From: the human T2T-CHM13v2.0 reference genome, Homo sapiens
DNA: 64,000 bases
Reading direction: 5' to 3' (one strand)
Assembly: GCF_009914755.1 (NCBI RefSeq)
Contig: NC_060926.1
The notes under the pieces are model-generated. The model ran no database searches and was not told where the DNA came from. It was given only the letters and a program-made list of their open reading frames with translations. The stretch's first letter is position 1. Every line of letters begins with the position of its first letter. Of the stretch, positions 26,476-41,344 are shown in pieces. The translations under genes and the position numbers were made by a program.

Positions 26476-28799
26476 TAATGATTATGCTATTACAAGACGC
26501 TCGATTGCTAACATCAGACATTTTTATAAAAGGTAAGTGAAGCTATGAGATCCACAATGTGAATGTCACCCAACCAGAGGTGTTACTTTGTGCCATGTAC
26601 AACATACACAACCATAGGTGATGACTCTATACCTTGAGAGAACTCAATGAATTGTATTGTCCTGAATTAACTCTTGAATGTTAGAGGCAGGAAGCAGGAT
26701 TGGTATCATCAAAGACATTAGCTTGCTGCAGAATATTATTTTTCAGTGGCAAAAGGTATAAGTTATTTCACATAGCTCTTTGCATTTTTTCATGAACAAA
26801 TTCTGACTGCCCCCTTTGCAGATCAGAATCTGGTCGCAAAGTTGGATAAGGGCAAAAGTAGTGTACTCAGAAAGGGAGAAAAGAAAAGCTCATTTTAAAT
26901 GTTAAAATATTACCATTGCTTATGCATGGTAAGATTTTACACTTGCTGGTCTTTCTATTGGGGCAAATGCAAGAGCAATGCCTCTCTCTTTGTCTTCCTT
27001 CTGTCTTTTATTCCCCTCTAGGGTAAGGAGGAATACATAGACATTAGTTTACTGGAGAGTCAGAATGGAACTGGGTATGACTAGATGAATTTCCCAGTGA
27101 CTTACCTAATTTAGTTCAGGCAGAGGTATGTACTTCCCAAACAGCTTGTTATCTAACTTAAGCCTGTGTATCTTAAAGCCCTGGTGAGCACACCATATAT
27201 AGTAACAGAGAAAACCTAGATTGTATAGTTTGTTGTTTTTTTTTTTTTTTTTTTTTTAGATGTGCTTTGAATTCTGGTCCTTCAATTTATTAGTGACCCA
27301 AGTTTCAGTCTTTGCGTTTATATAACAGCAAAATGAATTCCTATTTCAAAGGGTTATTATGAAGGTTAAATATAATATACAAGAATAATCCAGAAGAATG
27401 TGCTATATACTAGGCATTTGCTGTTGGTAAATTTCCATTTCTCTTCAGGGCAAAGGAAAAAAAAATGCAAAGTGAAAAGCTTATATCTTTGATGTCTTTT
27501 CATCTCTCTTTTCTCATCTTTAGTGTATAATCTGCCATTTCTCTAGCTCCTCTCTTGCCATCATTTTGTGAGCACTCAGGTTTAAATTTTTGTTCATACA
27601 AAGTTGTAGAAACAAGTACATGATTGTAGCATGTGTGTTCCTTGCTCAGTTAGACCCAGGCAAGCCCGGGCACATCTGCATCTCTTATTAGATTCTAAAC
27701 TCCCTGAAGACAGGGACCTATAAATCTTATCTGCACTGTATGCAAAGGGCCCAGCCAACACCCAAATTCATTGTGAGCAAGTAGTGATGCTTATTGAATT
27801 AAAAGTGTGTTGTGCAATAATAGTGAAATCATAACTATCACATTGTGATAATTCTTCCATCTGCTCATTCAATAAATACTTATTGCTTGTTAATTATCTT
27901 CATGTCTGAATTTTATGGCTATAAGTAGAAATGCTGATATTGTTGGAGATTTAACTTGGAAAGCAAATGTTTCCTAGCGGTCTTCTTCAAGCTTCTGGGT
28001 CAGTTTAAGATATCCTGAAAATAAGCTAAATAGAAGTATTAACTGTACATCAATGCTGATATGAGACGGCTATTAAGCTCTATAAACTCCTTATTTTAAA
28101 ATGTTGTGTTACTCAAAGCTACCTTTCAAAGATGTTGATTGAATTTCCAATAAGTAAATGTTATATAAATTTGAATTTATAAAATGCAGTGCTAACAATA
28201 TTTGGCTATTTATCTATTGTGTATGTTGAGCATTCTGATAAGATTTTTATCTGAGAAAATTGCTGTCATACTTTTTTAAATATTATTGCTACCTTGGCAT
28301 CCACTTTTAGGCATGACAGAAGTTATTTAGTTTTTCAGGTTTGACGTAAGTTATCATTTTTGGCCTAGTTAAAACACCCCTTCTTCCTGTTTGTGATATG
28401 GCCCACTTGTTCATTGTCTTACAACTCCAAAACCTAACACATCCCACAGCTGCTGACCACATGATATGGTTTGGCTGTGTCCCCAGCCAAATCTCATCTT
28501 GAATTGTAGTTCCCATAATCCCCAAGTGTTGTGGGAGGGACCCAGTGGGAGGTAACTCAGTTATGGGGGCAGTTACCCCCATGCTGCTGTTCTTGTGATG
28601 GTGAATGAGTTCTCATGATATCTGATGGTTTTATAAGGGGCTTTTCCTCCTTTTGCTTGGCACTTTTCCTTGCTGCCATCATGTGAAGAAGGACATGTTT
28701 GCTTCCCCTTCCACATGATTGTAAGTTTCCTGAGGCCTCCCCACCCCTGCGGAACTCTGAGTCAATTAAACCTCTTTCCTTTATAAGTTACCCAATCTC

Positions 28800-30761
<1,962 letters not shown>

Positions 30762-31335
30762 ATAAGTTACCCAGTCTCAGGTATGTCTTTATTAGCAGCA
30801 TGAGAACGGACTAATATATCACACTAAAACCTAATGGTCAACACCAGGTTTATGTAAATAAGTTCCCCGCCTTCACAGAGGTTTTCTTTAAATTAGCTAA
30901 TCAATGAGCCTCACAGGAAAGCCTTAAGGATAATAATACCCGTGGAGCTCAATAAAGGGATAATTTCACAGGTTTTCTCTCTCTTCCTCTCCCCTCCCTA
31001 CCCGTTTCCTCTCTCCCCCTCTGTCTTCTCTTTTTTCCCCCACTTATCCCTACTGGTTGAATTCCCTGCTGCCTCCAGACTCCCCCTGTGGGCACCTGTA
31101 ACCTCTCTGAGACTTGTGAGTAATAAATTTCTTTTGTTTTATTAATTTTTGTTCACTTCCTCATTGTGTCTCATCTGACACCCGAATGTAACTTTCCCCT
31201 ATCAGAGCTCACCTACAGAGTGCCTATCTTGGCTTGCGGTCATGCTCAAGAAATAGAGTCCACAAGACCAAATTAAAAAGAAATCATAACAATAAAAATC
31301 ACGACAGCACAACTGCTGAAAACACTACTCTAGAG

Positions 31336-31553
31336 CTATTAGCAAACTTTTTCTGCAAAGGTCTAGATAGTAAATATTTCCAGCTTTGCAGACCATATGG
31401 TCTGTTTCACAGTCTCTCAGGCTGTTGTACCATGAAAGTAGTCACAGGTAATAAGTATAAAAATGGGCATGGCTGTGATCCAATAAAATTTATTTACAAA
31501 AGCAGGCAGTGCACTGGAGGTTTGGCTTGTGGGCTGTAGTTTGTCAACCCCTC
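31336..31553 (+). mobile_element. MER58A
   Basis: gcaaactttttctgcaaaggtctagatagtaaata...gggctgtagtttgtcaacccc; TSD-like ctctagag/atctatag. Confidence 0.85.
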
Positions 31554-31934
31554 ATCTATAGGAGATAGGGTGAGCTTTATCATCTATAGACTTGGGTGAG
31601 TCAGTTATTCTCTCTCATCTCCCATGTCCTTACCTGTAGAGGAGAGCTAATAAAACCTACCTCACTGAGTGTTGAGAAGATTAACTAAGATAGGATATAA
31701 AAATACCTAGCGTTCTCATAGTTTTCTTTCTTGATTTTTTTCTCCAATAGCCAATGCTGCAATTCATTCTTTCCTTTTTTATTACCCTGATTGGAACAGT
31801 TACATTACTTTAGTACGACTACTTTACCTAGTAATTGTTATAATTTAATACTCACAAAAAAAGATTACTAACATCTAATGCTCCCAGAGGAATTTGCATT
31901 AGAAACAAGAATTGACTAGCCTAACTGATAGAAG

Positions 31935-32497
31935 ATACATTCAAAGTGTAAACTAGACCAGTGGATTTTAATGTAACAGAGCATAATGAATTACTTGATA
32001 TGGTTTCAGAGTCCACATTGCAACCAACATTTAAGTTATCACTAATTGAGTTTCAATGTAATATCAAAGAAGAATACCTGTAATTATCTGAAAAGGCTAT
32101 TAAAACATTTCTCCATTTTTTTTTCACTGCTTATCCTCATACAGCTGTTTGAGGCTAGGTTTTCTTTATGTTTGGACCAAAACAACATATCATAACAGAT
32201 TGAATGCAAACAGATATGACAATCCAGCTCATTCAACCAAGCTAGACATTAAAAAGGACCTTCCAAAATAGAAAACAATGTATTTCTTCTCATAATCTTT
32301 TGTTTTTGAAAATAATAATTTTTCCTAAAAATATTTGTTGCCTTTAACATGAAATATATTTATATTTTAACATTTTCTCAGTTTTAATTTTAATATAGTG
32401 AATATAGACATAACACACATAAACAGAAGCTTTTTGGGTGCTTAATAATTTTGAAGAGTATAAAGGGATCCTGAGACCAAATATTCAAGAACTGCTA
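31935..32497 (+). mobile_element. Charlie1-like hAT DNA transposon fragment
   Basis: gtggattttaatgtaacagag...tatcaaagaagaata...aattatctgaaaaggctattaaaa...cagattgaatgca. Confidence 0.7.
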
Positions 32498-33884
32498 CTG
32501 TAGTATAAGAAGTAAAGGAGCTCAAGAATGATGATAAGTAACAGCTAATGCTTGGCTTGGCTTCACTGTCAGGGAGCGATGAGGGAGCGATGGGGTTTGT
32601 GGCAGCCTGTGAAATGCATGCTTTGTGTAAGCAGCACAGCTATCCTTCAGTGCATGCTGATTTTTGCTGTGGGGTAAGGCATGTACAGAAGTTCTAGTTT
32701 TTAAAGAAAAGCTAACATTCCAGACCTTAATGTGAAATATCTCGATTTTAATATTGGCCGTACATTCAGGAAAGTATTAGCATCGTGTGTAGGCCAAAAG
32801 AAATCCACCCAGGGACAGGATGCTGCCTGTGAGACATCAGGTGCAGCTTCTGGTCCAGGTTTGTGGGTTGACAAATCTCTTTACTGCAGGAGAATAGTAT
32901 ATGTCTATGGTGATAATATTTATCAGTAAGGGTTTCAAGAATGGGTAAGGATTTCAGAATTTTGTGCAGAGGCTAAAATATTCTTTTTAAAAAAATCACC
33001 AAAATCACAAATAGCTTGACTGTTGTGTTCAGCCCATTGGGGAGCCTGGAAGAAGAGGGGGCTTTTCTTTTTTTCCTCTGAATTCTTTTTCTGAAAATGA
33101 GTGCTTTTTGTCTCTACCCCTCACTGTAAAGAAAACCTACTCCACATAACATAATAGCTCTTTGTTTTATTAGTGTGGTTGTGTTCTTCTGTTCTCAACT
33201 GTTTGTCACCTTATACACTGGCAAAAAAAAAAAAAAACCAAAAAAAAAAAACAGAACACTGCTGGATTCCTTAAAGTTCTGCAGCTTATAGCTCCATTTT
33301 TAGCAAAAATAAAAAACAACTCAGAAGTAGCACAATTGGAAAATTTGTTGGGATTGTCTGAATAAAAATGCTTTTGCCTTTAATCTAACAGACTAATTTT
33401 AAGAGAAAACCAATCCATAGAAAATGTGCTTTTATGTTTCTAAATTAAGTAGCTCTAGATTTGTAAATGGTTTGAAGTAACAAGTATTGCATACACTCAA
33501 ATTTTCTTTAACATTTTTTGATATTCTGTTTATTTACAAAACAAATAAGCCCTTCTACAGCCCAACCATCAATTATTATTTTCCTCATAGCAATTATGTC
33601 AACATTTTTTTTAGCCTGACATAATCCATCTTTTTCATTTGTGTGATATGAGAACAAAATCAATTTTTGAGGTCTTTGGTATAATGGAAACTGGGAGGGT
33701 GGAGTCAGATGGCTGTATGTGGATAAGAATTTTCCCTCTTTAATTCATATTAGCTATGTGATATAATTTTGAACAAATGGTGAAACTCTTTGAAACCTAC
33801 TTCTTCTTTTGCAACATGGAAAAGATAAAGCTGATTATGCTGGCACTGAACACAGGGCCTGGCAGGTGGGAATAACTATAACAA

Positions 33885-34080
33885 TAATAAGAGTTAATCT
33901 TGAGTGGGAGTTTATCACCACATACTAGGTATTGATTTAAATCCTCTACACAAATTAACTCATTTAATACAAAGGCTTCTTGATGGAGGTACTGTGATCA
34001 TTCCCAGAGATTAAGTAATTTACCCCAAATTACATAGCTAGAAAATTGAAGAGTCAGGATTTGAACCCCAATAGTAGAGC
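33885..34080 (-). mobile_element. MIR (a plus-strand MIR lies next to it at about 33690-33880)
   Basis: ttaactcatttaat...agagattaagtaatttacccc...ggatttgaacccca. Confidence 0.6.
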
Positions 34081-35049
34081 TTAGTAAATCTTTCTTTCCT
34101 CCTTTTCTACTCCCTCTCTGCTTTAGATACTTTCATTGTGAGGCTACTGGGTCTGTGACGCATTTGAGTAAAAGGAAAGGAGATTTGGTGGGTGAAGCAC
34201 ATCTGTGATACACACAGCAGAGCGTGCCCCTGCCAAGAGCACCAAGGATTGGGTGGAGCCGAGAGCTACGTTCAGACTCAAACCCCGTTGTGATGATCAC
34301 TCTAAGTTTAATATACCTTCGGGAATCAAATTTCATGGATGCATTTGAAGAAAAAGAATACAAAATTTGTCCAAAGGTGAACAGTTACTTAGAATGATAA
34401 AGGAAGCAATCTATTTTTAACAAGCCGATCAATATCACAACCACCACAAAATCTAGAAACAAAGGTGTGTTTTCATGTCAAGGATTTTATAATATTGTTT
34501 TCCATAACAAGAACATAAAGATAATTCAGTTTGTTGGAACTTTAAAAAAATTATAAATAATTGAGTAAAGTTCCTTGGAACTTCATAATTTGTTCTTGGT
34601 AATGTCATTTACATTCAGGTTGGCTGTTGGATTTGAGAAAACCGCTAGCAATTTTCATTTGTAATTGAGCTGTTACAGACGATGTACTTAGTTTGTGGTG
34701 CTGCTATGGGTTTTTTCCAGTAGATCCAATAATTCTGATAAATTTATTTCACATGTTTCCCATGAAAAAGAAAAAAATCAATGGCGCATTTATAATTATA
34801 TATGCTACATTATTGAATGTATTTCCTCAGTAAGAGAGAACCTTTGTTCTTATTAGGCAATAAGAACCAAATCTTCCACTTACATTTGTAAATCTCTGAT
34901 GATTGTAAGAATTTTTCACAGACTGGCTTCTGGTTCCATACATTTCAAATTACATTTCTTCTCTAATACCCACATACTTCCCTCCCGGGTGCCGTAAGAA
35001 CTCTGAGTATTTTGATATGGCCTTTGGCCCTGGTCCTAGTGCCAGATAA

Positions 35050-35360
35050 GTGGGCAGAGTGGGTGGTAGGGGTGTTCCTACACCAGGACAGTCATCAGTA
35101 ATTTCACTATGCACAGAAGTGACTGTGAACCACCAAAATACACCCACTGAACTCAGACGAAATGTGCCCCAACTCAACTTCCTTTTAGCTTGATTTCTAA
35201 AATGGCTATGGCCACTCTAACACCTGGCATGACGGAAAAGCTGGATAGATAGTAAATGTGAACAGAAAGCCTTACTAATTTTAACACACGGCAACTAAAA
35301 TATCTTACTTTTGCACATTTTAAAAAGCAATTGACCATATGCACCATTGCTACGAATCCT
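35050..35360. mobile_element. hAT-Tip100 (MER69/Arthur1-like) fragment
   Basis: aaatatcttacttttgcacattttaaaaagcaattgaccatatgcaccattgcta resembles recalled MER69 sequence. Confidence 0.45.
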
Positions 35361-35534
35361 CAACTGAACTTTGTGACAAACTCACCAAGTAATTGCAAAA
35401 AGATCATGTCACTGACTGGGAGAGAACAGCTTGAAAAAGACACATTATCTTGAAATGATTTCGATGAATGCTAGCTGATCACCTAACTCAGAGGTTAAAA
35501 AAGAAGGAGGCAAAAAATTTAGTGCAATTTATTA

Positions 35535-35778
35535 ATTAATCCTGAGGTGATGGCCTCATAACTACAAGCATTGGATGCCATTATCAACCAGCCTTTTAAA
35601 GACCACTTGAAAAAGCAATAGATATTACGTTATAGGAATTTTGATGAACGACAACACATCCTGTTCTACAGTTAGGAGACTGGGTACTTGTGCATTGGGA
35701 TAAAATATCCAGTGCAACACTTAACAGTTCAATTTCATACACAACCTAGATGGGAGTGAAGATGGTCTGCTCTGGAAA
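35535..35778 (+). mobile_element. Fossil pogo/Tc2-type (Kanga-like) DDE transposase fragment
   Basis: Manual translation gives S*LQALDAIINQPFKDHLKKQ*, then LGDWVLVHWDKISS and NLDGSEDGLLWK; interrupted by stops. Confidence 0.75.
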
Positions 35779-35969
35779 ACTATAATATAAACACACTGCT
35801 ATCTGAATTGTTTGTGAAGATTTTAATACAATTGTTTGATGAATTGTGAGAATTGAAAAGGCAGTGTTGTATGATTTTTTATAAATCTTAAAGTATATAT
35901 GTATAACTAAATAAAATATTATAACTAGATCTAATTATTCCAACCATATCTCCACCGTATTTAACCATA

Positions 35970-36400
35970 TTCCAACCATAACAAGCAGCTGCAAAACCTC
36001 AGTAGTATAAGCAACAGGCATGCATTTACCACTCTTGTGTGTGTGTGCAGGCCTCCTGGGGTTGCCCTGGGCTAGCCTAGGCTCTCTGGGCCAGGCTCTA
36101 GGATGTGGGCTCTGTTCAAGTTGGTGTCAGGTGCTCTCATTCTTCTGAAACAAGCAGGCTGCCCAGGCATTTTCTTCTCTGGCAATGGTAGAAACATGTA
36201 AGATGAAGTCCAACTATGTAAGATGCATGTACGATAAAGCCCAACTATGCAAGCACAGCTCAAGCCTCTGCCTGTGTCCTATCCACTAACATGCCATTGG
36301 CCAGCAAGTGATGGGGCTGAGTCCAAAGTGAAGGGGCAGAGACACAGTTTCCATTTGCCTTGAGATGACAGTTGGTCTCACGGCCAAGTTCTGCATCAGT
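35970..36400 (-). mobile_element. Old MLT1-type LTR
   Basis: cataacaagcagctgcaaaacctcagtagtataagcaaca...catgccattggcca. Confidence 0.55.
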
Positions 36401-36409
36401 GGGCAGGGT

Positions 36410-36910
36410 CAGACTTATTCTGAAGTCTGCTATAACAAATTACCAAAACCTTGATGGCTTAAAACAACAGAAATTTATTATCTCCAAGTTCTGGAGGCCA
36501 GAAGTTCAAAATCACTGTGGCTGGACTGAAACCAAGATGCTGGCAGAGCTGCGCTCTCTCCAGAAGCTCTAGAGAAGAAGACATTCCTTGTGTCTTCAGT
36601 TTTTGGTGGCTGCCAGCCTTCCTTGGCTTGTGGTTACATCATTCCAATCTTTAAGGCAAGCATCTTCAAGTCTCTCTCTCTCCTCCTTCTTCACATCGCC
36701 TTCTCCATGTGTGCCAAATCTCTGTCTGCCTCCCTTTTCTGAAGACACTTGTGATGGCACTTAGGTCTCACTTGGACAATTCGGAAAACCACACGGATCT
36801 CATGATCATTGACTTAATCACATCTGTGAAGTCTTTGCCATGTAAGGCAACATTTACAGTTTTCAGGGATTAGGACCTGATATTTTTGGTAGCCACTGTT
36901 CTGCCTGTGA
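36410..36910 (-). mobile_element. MLT1C/D-like LTR
   Basis: ctgctataacaaattacc...ggcttaaaacaacagaaatttatt...gttctggaggccagaag...gacttaatcacatctg. Confidence 0.85.
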
Positions 36911-37401
36911 ATACCACAATTCTTAAAAATGTATAGGTCAGAATAAAAATCTTGTATTTGGAAATGATGAATCGTTGCATATTTAGAATGGCACTATATT
37001 TGGTAATTTAATTGGTTATGTGGAATTAGAAAGATTGGGAATTAGGGCAAACACTTGCATTCAGGTGTTCAAGCCTTAAATCCAAAGCCTTTAACAGCTC
37101 AGCTGCACAGCCCTACTAAACTTCCCTGCCAGCTGCCTTTAAGTCTCTGACCCCTTGACCTTTGACCATTCCCTTTATGGTAAGATATAGAAAAATGGTC
37201 AAAGAGAGACTGATTTCAGTGGTTTCGTGGGGCCACTAGATACAGACAAGAGGTAATAAAATCTGTATTTTATTGATATTCAGGCCAGAATCCTGCTAGG
37301 ACATCTCTGCCTGTGGAAGGAGGGCTGGATGGCATACTGGGAATGGCTTTCTAGGATGACTTCCTGTTGCTACAGACTACAAGAAGCATTTCTGGCCTTG
37401 A

Positions 37402-37764
<363 letters not shown>

Positions 37765-38151
37765 TCTTGTGACCAATTTCTTAGAGACTTTGGAGATTTG
37801 CTTTGGAGGTGAGGAAACTGTGTAGCTTAGAGTTTTCAAGTGCATGGCAGCTTAAGGAGATGCCTCCTAAGAATATAAAGCTCATGTTTTTGTTAAATAT
37901 AATGGAATCTTAGAGGTGGAAATAATAGGGTAAGTTTAGTCCAGTTGCCTAACTTTACAAATGGAGTAACTGACACCCTGGTTGATTAAGCTTTGCCAAA
38001 GTTACAGTATTTGCTCCAGGGCATGGACTAGAACCCAGGTGTTTGGAGGCCAGGCTCAGTGTTTTCCCACTGAGATGATGCAATAGATGCCATTTGTTTG
38101 GGCTGCCTGGCTTGCAAGGACTTCTCTTTCTCTGGGAAGAGACACAGGGGG

Positions 38152-38301
38152 ATTTTTACCAGCATATTGATTACATTCATTGAATGGCATGAAGGCGTCT
38201 TGTAGAATTACACAGAAATATCCTGAGCTTGCTTTTAGATATTGCTGCTTTTATTCTGTAGAGTTGATTGAACCTGCTGCTATATATCTAATTTATGCAA
38301 A
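38152..38301 (-). repeat. Inverted copy of 39467-39616, flanked by a 14-bp direct repeat
   Basis: Manual ungapped alignment 139/150 identical; gacacagggggatt at 38141-38154 and 38308-38321. Confidence 0.97.
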
Positions 38302-38479
38302 GCTTGTGACACAGGGGGATTGATCCCATAGGCCACGGTTGTACGGTATGGCCCTGCCTCCCTGTTGAGGGGAGGGTCTCCTGCCCACTCCTGCCCACGA
38401 ATCTGAAATCTGAAGCGGTGACACCTGGAGAATGGCAGCGGATGCCGCCATCACTTTGTAGTTGTGCTCTGAAAAGAAG

Positions 38480-38715
38480 GCAGCATGGAGTCTGTGCTCT
38501 AAAAAGAAGGTCGCTTGGAGTCTTGACTCCCAACACTCATCAGCTCTGTAACTTGGAGCAAGTTACTGATTTCCCTTTCCTCAGTTTTCTCATCTGTCAA
38601 ATGGAGACAGTGATACCTACCTCGTGACATTGATTCAAGGACTAAATGAGAAAACATCTTTAAAATGTGTACAGCAGTGCCCGTTACACAGTAAATACTG
38701 AGCATTTCTGAGTTA
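38480..38715 (+). mobile_element. MIR
   Basis: gctctgtaacttggagcaagttact...cctcagttttctcatctgtcaaatgg...actaaatgag. Confidence 0.8.
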
Positions 38716-39466
38716 CTTATCTCCTGCTGGGGGCCAGGAGAGCCCTCTGAGGCGCCTGTGCTTTCTGAGTCCTGCTTATTCAATTCTCCTTTGATTCTGG
38801 CTAATAACCTGAGATCCTTCCAATAAACATCTTTCCTTAAACAGGCCAGAATCAGCTTCTGTTTCTTGAAACAGAAATAACTTTAAAAAATTACCGATGG
38901 TCATGCATAAGAGCACCTACATTTTAGGGAGATTATATAGAACGTGATGGCTTTCACCCCGATGTGTGAGTGTGTATGTGTGTGTATCCTGGTAGCAAAA
39001 AATAAGAGCACACATTCTATTTGAGAAAAAAATTAAAAATCAATATTTGAGGGGAGGCGTACTAAAAAGTAATGTGTACTGATGATACTTTACATCTGTG
39101 AATGGAAGTTGAGCCAGTTAAATCTATATAAAGAGGGGACAGACAAATTGATCCAGATAATGATGTGTAGTGAAATGGATCATCATTAATATATTCAAGA
39201 GCTTATTATCAATGCTTAAATTACCAAAATATTGACTTAAGTAACTTTATCTGTCAATGCTAGTAGAGAAAATTGCTGCATCTCACCATATTTATCACCT
39301 CACATAGATCTATATAGATATAATATACAACTATAAATAAAGTTCAGCTATTCCATTTAGGGGAGAAAGATCATTTTGTTAGCCTATATTTCATAACATT
39401 AGAGGGACTGATTCCTAATATTATGCACCAAATACACTATTGTTTAGCAACTTGCTGTCTTTGTGT

Positions 39467-39616
39467 TTTGCATAAATTAGATATATAGCAGCAGGTTCAA
39501 TTAACCCTACAGAATAAAAATAGCAATTTCTAAAAGCAACTTCAGGATATTTCTGTGTAATTCGACAAGATGCCTTCGTGCCATTCAATGAATGTAATAA
39601 ATATGCTGGTAAAAAT
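39467..39616 (+). repeat. Second arm (putative donor) of the 150-bp inverted repeat
   Basis: Reverse complement matches 38152-38301; lies in AT-rich sequence with no TE that I recognise. Confidence 0.97.
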
Positions 39617-40774
39617 AGCATTTGCATTGAATCTGGAGTGGAAAATAGAATCAGTGGGGGATAATAATAAATACTGAATCTCCAAATGAATCTCCAAATC
39701 CATTAAGACTTTTAATGTTGTATTTGAAGCTCATAACTCCAGGCAATTCCCTAACTTAGCTTTGGCAAATGTTTATTTTGAGAAATGCTCAGTTGTCTGT
39801 TTTACAAGCTGGTTCTCTTTCACCTAAAACTTTCCATAAGAAAGTTGTTGGCATAAAAATTAACTCCATTTTTGGAAGTCTTGGGCTCACCTGCTTTAGG
39901 GTTGCGGACATACATGAAAGGAATAATGACCGTCTGAACAAGGAAGAATCTGAGAGGATATCATATCCAGCCTTGTATTCACAGATTGGAAATTGAGGCT
40001 GAGAATGATGAGGTACCTGTGCAAGATCACACAGGAATTTGGTAGGGCCAGGATCATGCTCAGTCCCAATCCAAAACTCTTTTCACCACATCCATGTTAA
40101 CTGTCACTTTACACACAAAGAGACTGTACCCTGGAGAGGTTAAGTGACTTACTAAGAAGGTCAGATGGCTAGTTAATGGCTGATGGTGACTAGCAGGCCT
40201 CTTAAGGTTTGTCTTCTGGTTTTGATCTAATTCTGATAAAGAACTGAGCCAATGGGCCCTGCAAACTGTCCTGTGATCTAAAGATGACTTCTATATCTTC
40301 CCAAATATATATCTTCCTAGGTTTTGCTTTAATGAGGGAGATACCCCTTTTGTTAATTTTCAGCCCAATGTCTAATTATGAAAACTACCCTTGGGAAAAA
40401 TATTGGCTCAAATTTGTCCTAAAGCACTCTGGATTTACCCAGACCTCACCAGCTAGTGAGTACAAACAAGATCCCAGTAACATTAGGACCAATGTTTTTC
40501 TGGCTCATGGCCTCCGCTGGCATAGACAAAAGTAGATTGGGCTCCTAGCTTAGGCTTTTCTGGGATATCTGGCCACATAGGGGTATCAATGACAAGTAGG
40601 GATGAGAAGCAGAGGTGCTAGTATCAAACTTCGCCTATCATGCCATTGTCCCTTTAGACAGTTCCGCATATACCCAGAGATGCTTCAACAACCTGGCAGT
40701 TGCTTTCTATAGCCCTGTTGCTCGTGTCAATGACTAATTTTTCTTCGTCTATTAAACTTGTGACTTCTCTTCCT

Positions 40775-41205
40775 CAATTCATTCACTCAACAGATTCGTA
40801 TGGAGCTCCCATCTATTAGGTTCCAGGAACTAGGGATACCATGATGAATGGCCAGATGTGGTCCCTAGCCTGATGGAGCTTATATTCTGGAGGGAGACAC
40901 AGACAATAAATACATAAGCAAACAACATACCAAAGATTTCAGGTTACGATAAGTGCAAAGTAGGAACTATACAAAGTGTTATAATAAAGAATAATGGTGG
41001 GTGTGAGAGCAAACCAACTTTGTGTAGTGGGGTCAAGAAAGGCCTCTGAGAGGATGACACTTAGGCTGAGGCCTGACAGATGAGGAAGGGCCAGACATAT
41101 GGGGACCCAGGGAAGGAGGAATTCCAGGTAGAGCATCAACAAGGGTGTTGACACGAGGCTAATATGGCTGAGGGGTGTTGAGCAAGGAGGAGAGAGCCAG
41201 GAGAT
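40775..41205 (-). mobile_element. L2 3' fragment
   Basis: attcattcactcaac...gtccctagcctgatggagcttatattct...ggtcaagaaaggcctctgag. Confidence 0.8.
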
Positions 41206-41226
41206 ACATTTCTAAAAGAGACCTAG

Positions 41227-41311
41227 ACGAATAATTGATCCACATTGTTAGGAAGAGGGAAGGCTATTGCTATAAACAGAGGGTGAGGAAGAAAATATTT
41301 GGCTCCTATGT
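41227..41311 (+). repeat. 85-bp direct copy of ERV-internal 45326-45410
   Basis: Ungapped 79/85 identity, offset 4099 bp. Confidence 0.96.
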
Positions 41312-41344
41312 TTTTACTCCTCCTGGATATATGCGGTATCCATG

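Noticed and set aside
38152-39616. Inverted arms as terminal inverted repeats of a DNA transposon
   Set aside because: The direct repeat flanks only one arm, no TSD surrounds the whole unit, and the spacer holds an old MIR while the arms are 93% identical
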